Source: Paragordius varius (lineage: Eukaryota > Animalia > Nematomorpha). From it: a stretch of 64,000 nucleotides of DNA. The notes beneath the pieces were generated by a model that saw nothing but the letters and a program-made list of their open reading frames with translations, searched no databases and was not told where the DNA came from. Position numbers and translations under genes: made by a program. Shown here piece after piece: positions 1 through 28,492 of the stretch. The stretch is taken from NCBI GenBank assembly GCA_964247055.1, contig OZ176052.1, forward strand, positions 4,464,001 through 4,528,000. The letters run 5' to 3'. The stretch's first letter is position 1. Each line of letters starts with the position of its first letter.

Positions 1-1618
1 AATATTATTGTATGTAATATAGTTGGCTTCAAAATGATGAAATATTTCCAACCATTTCTTTTCTAGTGTATATTTTTCTTTTGTCCATAATTTAAGTTTT
101 TCATTATTAATATATCTTTTAACTAATGATACTTCAGAAAAAAAGATCATTTTCTGAAAGATCAATTTTTGAGAATTTTTGGGAGCAGATATAATCAAAC
201 GATTTTTGAACATCGCACCAATTAAATTCTGATTTTAATGTTATCCAATGAAAATGATCAATTTCATTGAATTGCGTCGTCCAGTCTTCCAAATAATCTT
301 TACAGTTTGTATAAAACATTTTTATATGATACAGGATATCTTGGCGATTTATTAAGTTTTTCTAAATTATTTATTGTATTGCGAATGGTTAATGGAATAA
401 AATTATTTTCTAACCGTTCTTGACATTGGAATTTCAGGTTACTAACTTCATTGGCTACTTCGACTGCCGAAATTTTGTCACCTTCAATAAATTTAAGAAC
501 ATTTTGAAATAGAGAAGCTTGATTATGTAAGAATTCTAACCATATTTTTGAAGAATCACTTTCAAAAAAATTTTTTAAAGGACATTTGTCCTGTGATAAA
601 AAAAGATTTTAAAGGATCATACATTTTTAAAATTCTTTCGATAGCTGGCATAAAAGCTAACCAACGAGTTTTACTATATCCAAGCATTTTTTGATATTGA
701 ACTTCTGCATTTTCACAGAATTGTTTAAGCGTTTCAACACGTACCGTGTATATATAAAAATAGGAATATATTTTAACAACTACATTTTCCACATGTAAGG
801 GTAACAAATCTGCAGCTGTTTGAATAGCGTTGTGTATTATATGCGCTGCACACCCAACGCCAATAATGTTTTGATTAAGATTATCTGTTAATTTATGAAA
901 AATATTTTTTGTTCCTCTCCTTGCTTTTCCACCAAAGTTCGTATTGGTGTTGTCAGCGCAATATGCGATAATTTTGTATTTTAAATTATTTTTTTCTAGA
1001 ATATGCATTATTGAAGTAAATATTATATCAGAATTTTCACCAGGTAGGGAAATTAAATCTAAAATTTTAATTTTTACTCCGGTTTCTGAATCAAAATATC
1101 TTATCAAAGTAGGAAATAATTTTGTTTCATGGTGATTTGAAGCATCAGAGTATAGGGAAAAGAAATTAATTTTTAGCAAATCTTTTTGTATTTCAGAAAA
1201 AGCATGTGCCGAAAAAACATTGCATACAATGGCTTCAGCCTTTGTACGGGCACATGTAAATTTTTTATTCAATAACGTGCAACTGTGAAGTACAATCCAT
1301 TGAACGAAATGAATAACAATGGTTTAATGCGTGAAAGGAAAACAGGCCCTCAGCAAGTGCTAAATTCTTTTCTTCCTTTCCAAAAGCGGTTTTTCGAAAA
1401 AAATCGCTCATCTTGTGAGATGATGCCGTTATAATTAAACATTTTTGATGTTTCTGTGTATCAATATGCTTTGTAATGTCATGTTTGCCGCCATGTGCCA
1501 GGGTGAATTCCCCATCGCATATAAGACATTTAACAGACGATTCATTCTTCGTTTTTTTAATGAAAGGAAAATCTTTCATTAATTCATCATTGAATTTACA
1601 GCCTCTTTTTGTGTTCAT
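1..1618 (-). pseudogene. hAT transposase with N-terminal BED-type zinc finger, broken by about 4 frameshifts
   Basis: ORF 1265-1618 (CLIC...H...H, BED-like); ORF 562-1272 (YSDASN, YCADNTN, GCAAHIIHN, KTRWL motifs). The reading continues after frame changes through 134-560 and past position 1 (KKWLEIFHHF). Confidence 0.85.
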
Positions 1619-1626
1619 ATTTATAA

Positions 1627-2070
1627 ACTATTATTAGTATAATAAATGTTATATTAACTTAATTTTCTGGAAAAGCGTGTAAGGTATCGATTTGTAGTAT
1701 CAATTTGTCTTTTAAGCTACCGATTTGTAGTAGTAATTTGAATTTTTTATAATGTTGGCAAGTATTAAAACTAAATTAGTATAATAAATGTTATATTACC
1801 TTAATTTCTGGAAAAAGCGTGTAAGGTACCGATTTGTAGTATTAATTTAAATTTTTTATAATGTTGGCAAGTATTAAAACTAAATATTAGTATAATAAAT
1901 GTTAATTACCTCAATTTCTCGAAAAAGCGTGTAAGGTACCGATTTGTAGTATTAATTCGAATTTTTTATAATGTTGGCAAGTATTAAAACTAAATATTAG
2001 TATAATAAATGTTATATTACCTTAATTTTCTGGAAAAAGCGTGTAAGGTATCGATTTATAATATCAATTT
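1627..2070. repeat. Tandem repeat, ~110-bp unit, about 4 copies, upstream of the transposase
   Basis: TTAGTATAATAAATGTT...GAAAAAGCGTGTAAGGTA(C/T)CGATTT recurs near 1633, 1776, 1887 and 1997. Confidence 0.9.
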
Positions 2071-2841
2071 GTCTTTTGATCTAGTATAACTAGGCTTTTT
2101 GATATTAATGACAGTAGTAGCAGGAAGGAAAGTGTATAATAATGATATAAATTGGAAAAAAATAAATATTTTTAATTAAAAAATAAAAAATTTTAATTTA
2201 AAATAAAAAAAATTTATTTGTATTAAAAAAAAAATTATTTGTATTAAAAAAAATTTTTTTTTATATAATCATGAAAAAGCGGGACATCTTATAAACGTAG
2301 CGGGAGGCGGGACAAAATGTGAAAAAGCGGGACGTCTGGTCACCTTACGTATAACTCTTGTTTGTCGTAAATATATATTTTCTGCAAAATATTTTAATTT
2401 AATTCACACCCCGATTAAGAAAATAGGCCCATTCTTCTTTTATGGCGTAAAAATTTAGTAATTATAGTTGTTTTTTTCAAAAATATGTATAAAACAATAT
2501 TAAATGGACAGTGTTTTATGGAATTGTTTGTTTACATAATTTACGCATTCTATTTATAAACATAAATAAAATAACATATCTCGGGGTTATTTTGTTATCA
2601 TAATCTATTTCATATTTGTTATAAAAAAGTTTATTCGCGCAAATTATACTTACAATTTTAACGCGTAAAAAGCATTTTACCATATCAGTAAGATGGAGAT
2701 TCAAAAATATTGGGTTTTGGCATTCAATATCGCTATAATTATTGCAAACATTATTGTCATCTATATGGCCTATGCTAATCCTTAGATTCTACAATGTTTT
2801 ATCACTAATTTATTTATTGTCAAATATAAATAGGGCAAAAT

Positions 2842-5800
2842 ATGTCAAACGCTATACTCCCATTGTCACAAAATTTTCATAATATATCCCCTCAAAACTT
2901 GCATGAAAGATTACAAAAGTTAAAATGTTATCATCATTATCGAATGGAAGGCATTAAACCAACATTTAATTATGGGATATCTATAAATCAAAACGAATCA
3001 AAATTAGCGCCAGATTTTCAACCATTTACTTCAAAAGATTCTATTAACCTTATTGAGACAGACACCATGATATCTCCAAAGAAATCATGGACCCAAATGA
3101 TGTTGAACAAAATTGAAAAGCAGAAACAAATTCATAATCTAGGTGTTACAATATCATTTAATAAAATTATCTAATAAATTTTGACAATGGATATTTATCT
3201 AATATAAATTATTTTGTCGTTTATGCTAAAGTGTGTTGTATATAGCGATAGTTGTAGCCTTTGAGGAGATCATGCTTTTTAAAATTATATTAAAATATAA
3301 AAAGGTTCCAGCAACATAGAATGGCTCGGAACTTTTTAAAACGTAATTTTTTTTTCTTTCAATTTTAACTCCAACAATCTGACAAAATGAGATGTGAGTG
3401 GGTGAAATCAATGTCATCTACATCTTTTTAATTTGGATGGTGCTACAGTAGTGTATGGTATAAAACAAATTTTGTCCATAATTAAATAATATTTAATGTT
3501 GTGAGATAGAAAAAATTTTTAATTTCTACCATTTGTTGTTTTACACCCATATGCTACTGTGTTGCTAATTGGCTAACTATAATGTGAATCGACCAACTTA
3601 AATGCACATATTATAATTTATTAATAAGGGTAAAAAATTGATAATTTTATTTACATAAATTAGATAATAGCGCCAGAAGTGTAGTATCTTGTGACGAAGT
3701 ATTTTATTTTATTTGTCAAACAAAAATATACATATATTTTAGCATATAATTTGATTGACGAATATAGATTAGTATAGAAATAGATGTAACTGGCCCCAAA
3801 CAATCTATGGGGAAAGAATCAACCATATCAAATTCAAATAACTATAAGCTTTTACCATCTAAAGATTCAAGGCATCTTATATTTGAACGCATTTTTCCTA
3901 AAGATAAAAATGGTAATGAGAGCAGTGAACAACGATTAACGCACGAGAAGGATCTGAGAAACCAGCTAAGAGAAAGAGAGAATTCTCAAAAGGAACAGAA
4001 AAATCGCACAATAAACGACTTAGAAAATGGTCTTTATTAAAGCTTCGTTAGTTTTGGGGTTCAGTATCCACAAATAATTATTTCAACAAAAATAAAGGAA
4101 ATTAGGCTAAAGTTAATGGATTTTAAGGCCTTTTAGGACATTCCATAAAATTATTTAAAAATTGTTAAAAACTCTGATATAATTATAAGCCAAATATATG
4201 TTTGGGATATCATAAAATAGGTTATAATAAATAATATATATTACAATTTTCAAAAAAGATTGAACATCAGACACAAATTATGATCATTATTTTCTATCAT
4301 AAGTTGTGGGAATCTGAGTCGGGTGTGTGTTTAAGCAATATTTTATATATATAAACGTTGAAGGCTTAACTCCCAATCTTGAATAAATATTTTTTATATT
4401 TTGAATAATAGCGCATATAATCAAATCTTTAACCGTGCGCAAGAACTTACCTTTAAAAAACACGAATGACAAGAAAAATAACATCAATAATTCAATGTCG
4501 TTGATGTTAAAAAATGCCCCAACGCTCAAACAGGAATGGCACAGAAAACGTCAAAGGGCTTTACAAAATTTTAAATGGGAACAAGACATGGTTCTACAAA
4601 ATTGGATAAAAACCCAGGGTCAGACCTTTCTGCAAGACCTGTGCCATGATGCCAAAAGTTTTGTGAATGGATTGGAACGTGGCATTTCCACCTACATTAA
4701 CGATGTTGATGGAGATTTTCTCATACTTAGCACACAGCTTGAATGTAAACAGCAGGGTTCTGACCAAGCTTTTGTTGAACAATTGGAACAATTTTGGACA
4801 AACGAACGTGACAAGTTGCTTCAGAGTTGGGATGATCAAACGCTTTCAAACCTCAAGGGACTTCAGAATGAAAGTGATCATATGAGAGATGTGATATTGG
4901 TTCAAAGAACGCAAAAACTCAAAGCATTCTTTCAACGTCGATGGCAAAAGACTATGGACAATGTGATACACGATTGGATAGAGGAAAAGGCGGACCTTGA
5001 AAATAAACGTATTATTATATGAAAACAATGTTTATAAATTACCAGAAGATGTTTTTAAAAATTAGTAAAAGAATATAGTTGTGATTAAAATACATTAGGT
5101 AATAACTTGAAGCGGTATCTACAGCATACTAACTTTGACAAATGTAGATTGTAAGTTCACAGGTCAATTTAAAATAAAATAGCGATAACTACATAATATA
5201 TATTGAAATGATAAAATATATTATTATTATAATAAGAGTAAATGTTTTTGTAATTTTAACCAGGGGTGTAAGTGGCGTACCGAGCTTTAACGGTGCCCGG
5301 GGCATAGAACTCTTATGGCGCCCCCTCCCCCTCTCTTTTTGAAAGTTAATAAAACAATTTAGTAAAAAATATCGCCCTTAAATGCTTTTATAAAATTAAT
5401 TTTAAGATCTTGCAATCTATGTTGAACCCTATCGATTATAAGTATTTGATATATTTTCAATTATTCCGAATCACGCTACAACAATAACATCCTTTTTGCT
5501 ACCGTGACTCCTACTAAATTTAAGGAATGATTGTCACAATTGACAACTATTGCTCTTTTATTTCCGTAATTCTTTGTTAAACGCCTGAAATGTTACCCGA
5601 CATCACAGCTATCTACAATTTAATAACTGAATATTATCCATATTAAATTTTCTAAAATTACCTTTTCAATCGACAATGCAACTTTGTTGAATAACTGGAA
5701 AAAAACCCAAAAAGGATTCCTTAATGACAACTTTTTTCTCATAATCAATTAACACCTACCTGGCAACTTGAGTTTGTTCTCGGTGCGCTATATCTGGCGT

Positions 5801-8800
5801 TGAATCAAATATTAGTTCATAATATTTACTTTGTTTATGTCATTGATCAATTTAGCTTTAACTCTTGAAGCTAAAAGATGTATAAACTCGTTTTTTGGAT
5901 AAAACATAGGATAAAGTGTAAAAAAATCAATATTTCTCATGTGTTTTCCATTATTGGGTCAAAATGAGCAACAAATTTTAGTAAAGATAGAGATTTCCAG
6001 GATTTGGTGCTGAGTCATCTAGAAACATCAAACTTGCAACATGACCTCAGGGAGATTTTGGTTGATTAGATATTTCATGCAGGCCATATTTCATATAATA
6101 AGATCGATCAAAAAGTAGGCATCCATAACAATACCCAGATCTGTTCTTTGGTAAATATAAAAGCCAAGACTTCTCAACTTCAAATCCTTTTTTTACCGAC
6201 ACGTCGAAAAAACCAAGATTGAGGCATTGAACGATGATTTCAAAGAGATGGCATTTATTTTGATATACTTGAGATCCACGAAGAATCATTATTGTGTGAA
6301 GCTGATTAAATATTACGGGAGGGACATTATTATTACAAAAAAGCGACATCATTAAACTCTGTAGGTATAGTGCTTGGAATTACAATGATATATTTGTAGT
6401 TTTATATCTATTTATTGGATCATTAACTAGGGTTTCAGGTATTTAAGTTATTACCGTTATGTTTGTGTCGCATACACTTTTTCAATGTTAGGGTCAGATA
6501 TTTACGTTAAATAAGATTTCATACGCATTCGCATTTTTTTGTTTATTCTCTTCCTTGATTTTTCGTTTCCTATTTGCGTAACCGCTGAGTTGAGACATTG
6601 ATATATGATGAAAATGAATGTAATTATGAAAAAAACAAGGCGATATTAATAATAAAACCTACCTTAGAGATGGAATGATCTTGGGGGTTTAAATAAATAA
6701 AATTGGGTTTTTGTATAAAATGGAAATGCAATAATAAATTATAAGAATAAGAGATAAGGGGTGGGGTGATAAAAAAGTCGCAGTTGACTTGTAAGCCAAG
6801 CGAAGTTGAGCAAGTTTACTTAAGCCAGCAAGTGTACAACAGAACGACAAGTTAAAATAATTTAATTAAAGGCAATAAAAGAATTAACAATATGTGCCTG
6901 AGAAAGAAAAGTTTTTAAAGCGAAAAAATAAGTTTGCACATGTTGAAGGGAATAATGAAAGTTGTTTTTTGCATACTTTTTGATCTTGGGTCGGGTGATA
7001 AAAAATTTTTTTTGACTTGACTTGCAAGTTTTCCAAGTCATGGCTTGGTTTCATGTGATAAAAAAATTTAACATTACACGACTTAAGTCAAGCAAGAAAA
7101 CTTGATAAGGAGGTGATAAAAAATCATATGATCAAGTAAAACTTAAAGATTTTGCAAGTGTGGTGTAGGGCACACTTGACAGATTTAAAAATATGGATAA
7201 AATTATTTTGAAACTATTTATGTATAAAATTAAGGTTTTATATGTATTTCAAACCTTTGTTAATGCTATAAATTGTTAATTTGATAAATTTTGGCTAATT
7301 GATCTATTCATCGGGTGGGTACAAAAGAGGATAAATTTATAGAAAAACTCTGCTAATGTTTGATAACATGGCATATAAAAATATACTAAATATATCAATT
7401 CCGTGACCGCAAAAAAATTTAGATTCTCGAAAATTTCTTAAAAATTAATAATTAAATATTAATCTTGTAAAATTTCAAATCTTCTCTTATTAAAAGCAAA
7501 CGGTTACTCACTATTAACCAATGTAAAGAATTTATTTCATCATAAATTTATTTCGAATGTAATGTTTATAATCAATTAAAAATAATTATGGGAGATTGTA
7601 TAAACATCTTCCCATTATATATGCAAATGGACTCCAAACAAAATAAGTAGTGTGGTAAAATAATGGAAAGTGTTTTAAGGGCGAATGGTTTCATCAATCT
7701 AAAAATTATTACCAGGCTCACAATTTAGAAAACTCTATAATATTATATAAGATACGTGCCAGTGAGATGAAAAACTTCAATAAATGCATATTGTATTTAT
7801 TGTTTATCTTTTTGTGCCTTACTTCATAAATTTTAGCTGAAAATGATCAAAAAAAATTCCATAAAATTCGAATTGGGTGGCAAAAAACTGTTACATTCAT
7901 AAGCAAAAGACTTGACTTAAGTGTTTTTTTTATCACCGATCTTCAAGTGTACACTTGCTGGCTTAAGTAATCTTGCTCAACTTGCCACGCTTGGCTTACA
8001 AGTCAAGTGCGACTTTTTTATCACCCCACCCCTTGATCTCATTTATATAATTTTGATATTATTTTACAGATTACCTATGTTGCTGAAGAATTTTACTTGA
8101 AAGTTGTATTATTTTTGCATAATTTAAATTTAATTTAAAAAAATCATTTAGGCGCCCCTAAATAACGGCGCCCGGGGCATGATGCACCTCCTTGCCCCCC
8201 ATCGGTACGCCCCTGAGGGGTGTCCAACATACGCCCTTCCAAAACATTATGTGCCGCTAAAAATTTGAAAATCCAATAGCTGCGAAAAAAATGCTCAAAA
8301 AATCTTACTAAAATTATTTCTTAAACAAATTTTCCGAATAAGTCTATCCAAAAGGAAAGCTAGCAAATATATATATTGTGTTTTAATTTTACATTATGGT
8401 TTAAATAAATAAAATATTGATTAGTGCCCATGTTTATGTATATCGAATGCGGCCCACCGGATTTTTGTTTAAAATATGGCCTGCAAAGCCATTATTATTG
8501 GACATCACTGATTTAAAGTAGCAACATAAAAATATTTTTAGTTAGGCAGAACCTGAAAATTAACGTGCTTAATAATGCAAGCGCCTTGGGTCAACAAAAA
8601 CGAGAATTACTGAAGGCCTGGGAAGAGGAAGTTGCGGATTTTATCAAGATTTTGCTGGAAAAGTCAACGCTCTCAAAAAATTGATAAATGATGATTATGC
8701 CAAAATCAAAACGCAAATGGAAAAAGATCTTTGTCAAAGAAATCAAAGTTTTATTTAATATTTTATCATTTTAATAATAATAAGGGAAAGTTTAATAATT

Positions 8801-9970
8801 TTGAAAGTTAAGGGCTTATCATTTATTATTTTGTATCAATACTATAGAAAAGGATAAAAGTTTGGAATTAGGTCGAAAATTTATCCAGGATCTGACCGAC
8901 ATTGAAAATTATGAAAAAAATCAAAATCCCCAAAGCCTTAGGACCTCCCAACTATTGAGCGAACAAGTGTTGGATGAATGGGAATTAAAAAGTCACGAGA
9001 TTGAGAAAAACGAAGTAGAAAGACAAGAGGATGCTAAAAAGCATGAAAAAATCAATCTAATAAAACTTCAGGAAAAGGTAAAACAATTTAATTTATTGAA
9101 CGCTAAACATTATTATATAAATTGAAAGTCAAACTTTACAAAATCATTAACTAATCAAAGTGGTTGGTTAGGACTTGGCTAAATTTTAGTTTAAACCATT
9201 GCCAGTTAAAGGAATAAAAAAATTTTTTCACGGGTTTCCAAAACACTATCTATTGCTGAAACATGAAAACTTATACTGTTTGCATATATAGATAAATAAT
9301 TATATGTTTAAAGGTTTGATATATTAAAACTAACGATATAACAATGCATATATCAACATAGTTTGATTTTATTGTGTGTTTAATTCCATATAGTTGTACA
9401 GGCCCAAGCTCAGCAAGTTTAGCTAAAATTAGTGAATATGAAAAGCAAGCTACTCAAGTGTTGATGGAACAAAAGTCGCGTTTAGAACGTGAAATTACCG
9501 ATACTATTGCTGGTGCATATAAAAGCCTTATTATTCAACAAAGGCAAGAACATTTAAGCGCCACACACGCTAAAACATTGGATGAAGGGCAAAATATTGC
9601 ACAAGAGGATCCTTTTGACATGTTATACAAAATTTCTTCATCCATAAGCAATAGTTTCCCATCTTCTCGAAAATCGTCTCAGGACACAGTAGGTTGCTTG
9701 AAAGAAAAAACAAATTCACAAACTAAAATGAAAACGGTCCTTCCAGTCTTATTATTGAATAAAAGTGTGTCCTTTATCAAAGGTGATATTCATCTTGTTA
9801 ATTTAGAGACTAAAACTAACAACAAAACCCAAGATAATAGTGGACAAGATATTAGTATTGGGGAAGAATTAAGTTTACGCGACGAAAGAGAAACACCCGT
9901 GCCAAGTTTGCCTTCCAATCCAAAAAATGCGTCGTCATCCATAACTCTGTACGAAGAATGTGTATTTTGA
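2842..9970 (+). CDS. Uncharacterised coiled-coil protein, ~716 aa if two 1-nt frameshifts are corrected. Exons 2842-3142, 3784-4029, 4412-5008, 8542-8747, 8848-9077, 9402-9970
   Basis: GT-AG junctions with matching phases link ORFs 2842, 3807, 4435, 8862 and 9374. Composition is helical and E/K/Q-rich. Exons 4 and 6 are each 1 nt short of a phase-consistent length. Confidence 0.7.
5270..8215 (-). mobile_element. Internally deleted hAT element (ZMYM1/Tip100-like transposase remnants)
   Basis: TIRs AAGTGGCGTACCG / CGGTACGCCCCTG and a perfect 8-bp TSD AGGGGTGT (5262-5269, 8216-8223). Minus-strand remnants SWLLYLPKNRSGYCYGCLLF (TTF-finger-like, 6047-6352) and VALSIEK (hAT C-terminal-like, ~5660-5690). 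Confidence 0.8.
6756..8034. mobile_element. Non-autonomous TIR element, PIF/Harbinger-like
   Basis: ~85-bp TIRs starting AAGGGGTGGGGTGATAAAAAAGTCGCA (6756-6838 versus 7948-8034), a 3-bp direct flank GAT on both sides, and internal GTGATAAAAAA repeats. The superfamily is inferred only from TSD length and the G-rich TIR. Confidence 0.7.
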
Positions 9971-11247
9971 AAAAAATATTATTAATATTGTTTAAATTTG
10001 GAAATATTAGCTATTTTTATGTAATGTTTTTCAAAAAAAATTATGACTGATAATGTTCTGTAATATATTTTAGTATAATTAATAAATAATATCATGTTCA
10101 ATAATAATCACTCCCTTCTTAATATAATTTAACAAAATTATCTTTATAAATGTATGCACTTAAGTCATTTAGGCTATGAGATTAAAATTGTTATTTAATT
10201 AAAAATAGCATTTTTTTATCCATATATATTATGAAATAATCGGTAGATATTTAAATATTATTTTTTATAATTTTAATGATTATAAATAATTTTGTCATAC
10301 ATGCTCTATGATTGCATCTTGTTTTGAACTGTAGGTCCTTATCCCAGGATTTTACTAATTCAAATAATTAGTAACAAAAAATTTTTTATAAAACCCATTT
10401 TTTACATTTATATTTTTAACAAATATTTATTAAGCAATTTCAACGTTAATTGAAAATTTATATAACCAAACAAAATTTTAAACTTTATTTTTTAAATTAT
10501 TTTTGGATAATTATATATAATTGTCGGTGTTTTCCCCCAATTGAAATTTGATTCAATTCTTCGGACCTCTGCCATAAATTTCTTTATTCCTAAGCTAGCT
10601 AAACTTTCTTAGGAAAAAAATACCGTTATAAAATATTAATTCTCATTTTTGTACAATGAGCAAGTATTAAAAGTATTTTTAAAAGCAATATATGACAAAA
10701 AACTTTCGTTTTTATAAGTGTATGCTTTATTGTATAATCTTTAATCAATATGGCCATTTTTTCTATAAATTTTTTTAGCTTATTATTGAAAATGCCATAA
10801 ATCAGCTTCTAAATGATATCAAATTATAATTATTTATTGAATGAGGTAAAGGACTTAAACTTAAGCAAATCAACATTAATAATTCATAAAAAGAAACGTT
10901 CATTCATCCATCCATTCAAATATATCCAAATTTTGTTTAAATGTATGTGAGCTGAAATAGAAAAACATCAATTGTTAAAAAAAGTATTCACAAAATAATT
11001 ATCACACAATTAAGGGTAAAAACAAAAAATCAATTCTTTACTCATAATCAAACCGTAAATTTGTTTGTTTAGTGCAATTAGTATATTTTTACTAATTATT
11101 AATTTTTCGATTCATATAAATGATATCATTTGTGTGTGCAGTGGTGGGATTGATGGATAAGTAATGAGGCAAAATATTGATAAAATGGAAAATTTCTAAG
11201 TAGCAGAAGTATATGATAATGGTAATTAAATGTGTGCGTGCTGTTCC

Positions 11248-26602
<15,355 letters not shown>

Positions 26603-28492
26603 ATGTCTTCTCTTATATTTGTGAATGTGTAATTACAAATTGTTATCGTAGTTGTTAATAATTTAAATTTTCAATTATGCCCAATTGGGACAAAGTATTT
26701 TGTTTACGTATTTATATTAAAAGATTTTTACAGTGGGTGTGTAACGGTAAGAAACAGGTCAGTTAACATAAATGATTACACTGGACAACGAATTTTTCTG
26801 CCATTCGAGTTTTTTGAATTTTCTGATATTTAGTATCATTTTAACAGAAAATCTGAAATAAAAATTATAACTCGTTGGAAGAATTTTGTATAATTTGATT
26901 TTTTTGATTATGCGCCCTCTTTATCAAAATTTTACTAAAAAATATTTTTCTTTCAAAATATACAAGTAATGCCGATTTGTAATATATCATTCGAAAGAGT
27001 AATAAAAACTCTATAAAATGCATACTAATTTGTATTACATCGACAGTTAATTTTGGACACAAAGAGCGACAAACGCGCGAAGCGAGAGCATTTTTTTAAA
27101 TTATTATATTTTTAAAGCTAATGGATGAAAATAGCTCAAACTTTGTTTAGATGGTGATGAATGTCCAAAAAAGATAACACAAGAAAGTTTTTTTGATTAA
27201 AACATTTTTTTATTGTTTTTATGTCACTCAAAACAGCCATTTTTAAGTTTTTTGTTTTTTAAAAACTACCATCTCATCAATATTAATTTATTTTCTTTAT
27301 AATGCTGATAATTTCGAAATTTTAAAGATAAAAACAAAGTTTAAGGTATTTTTGATCTTTTTTAACCATTATGTAATAAATATACAGTTATAACTATGCA
27401 TTTTAGTATCCACTAGGTAAAATATTTATGATAATAATAATTTTTATTAAAAAGCAAGCCAAAAGCTTTTTCGAACATTTTTTTTAAATTAGATACTAAT
27501 ATAACCCTAATAATTATATTAAAATAATTTATATGATTTTCAAATTAGTTTGTCTGTGAAAATTCTTGACTTATCTAAGGATCGAAAATTTCGAACATTT
27601 AAATCCAAATAACTTTTACATCCGATTGATTTAGATGACTTACTACCATTTAAAAGATGCAGTTTTTTGCGCTCTTTCGAATGATATAAAATACTTGGCT
27701 TCATATCTAAAACTTTTAATTTTCGAAATTTCGAGTTTTATGTTAAATCGGGGCCAAAAATTATCGATAACCTCTAATATAAAAAAATTCTTCCATGCTA
27801 GACCAATTTTCTTTTCAGATATACTAATTATGTACCTTAATGAAATAAATTTTAAATTTACAAGAATGGCAGTTAAAAAAAGTTAAAATTTGTTGTCTAG
27901 TGTTATTTTGTAATTTTTTATTATATATTTTTTATATAGCGCAACATTTTTGGAGTATTTTATTCAAAAAAACCGTAATATTATTATTTAAAAAATTATT
28001 TTTACTGAAATATGATCTGAAAATACGCTTATAATCTAAAAAAGGACTATTTTATAAATGATAGCTTCCATTAGATTAGACGAGTTCCAAATACTTCATT
28101 GCCTCTGAAGATAGTTTCACACCCAAGCGATTTCAAACAATAACTTTAAAAGTCTTTTTCACCGTACTGAATTTAAAATATACATTCCAAAGGCATTAAA
28201 CACTTCATTACCTTTTCACTTTTTTGTCCTAGTTTACCTTTTGGAAAGTTTTATATCCCGGAGCTCAATTTTGTAACTAAACTACCAATTTTGAAAAGTT
28301 ACTTAAGTTAAAATTTAATTAAACATTATATGTATTAAAAAAGCTTATTTCAGTTTGTGACTTTTAAGTTTAAAATAAGAACAGCTTGATTGAAACCTAC
28401 CTAATACTAAAAGGAGATCAAAATTATTTCAAATGTTAAAATTTTTTTTATATGCTTAAAGATTAAAAGAATCATATTTTTATCGGCTTATC

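Larger units (their letters stand above)
1..2347 (-). mobile_element. hAT-superfamily DNA transposon (Blackjack-like terminus), 5' part; the 3' end lies outside the window
   Basis: Minus-strand terminus TAAGGTGACCAGACGTCCCGCTTTTT at 2347, resembling TAGGGTGACCAG-type hAT termini, with subterminal GCGGGAC repeats at 2278-2335. It is followed by a BED-finger and hAT transposase reading frame. Confidence 0.8.
5261..8510. mobile_element. Charlie-like hAT MITE (~300 bp), split by a nested insertion; lies in intron 3 of the coiled-coil gene
   Basis: Ends CAGGGGTGTCCAAC (once the insert is removed) and TTGGACATCACTG. Imperfect 8-bp flanks ATTTTAAC/ATTTAAAG. Confidence 0.7.
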
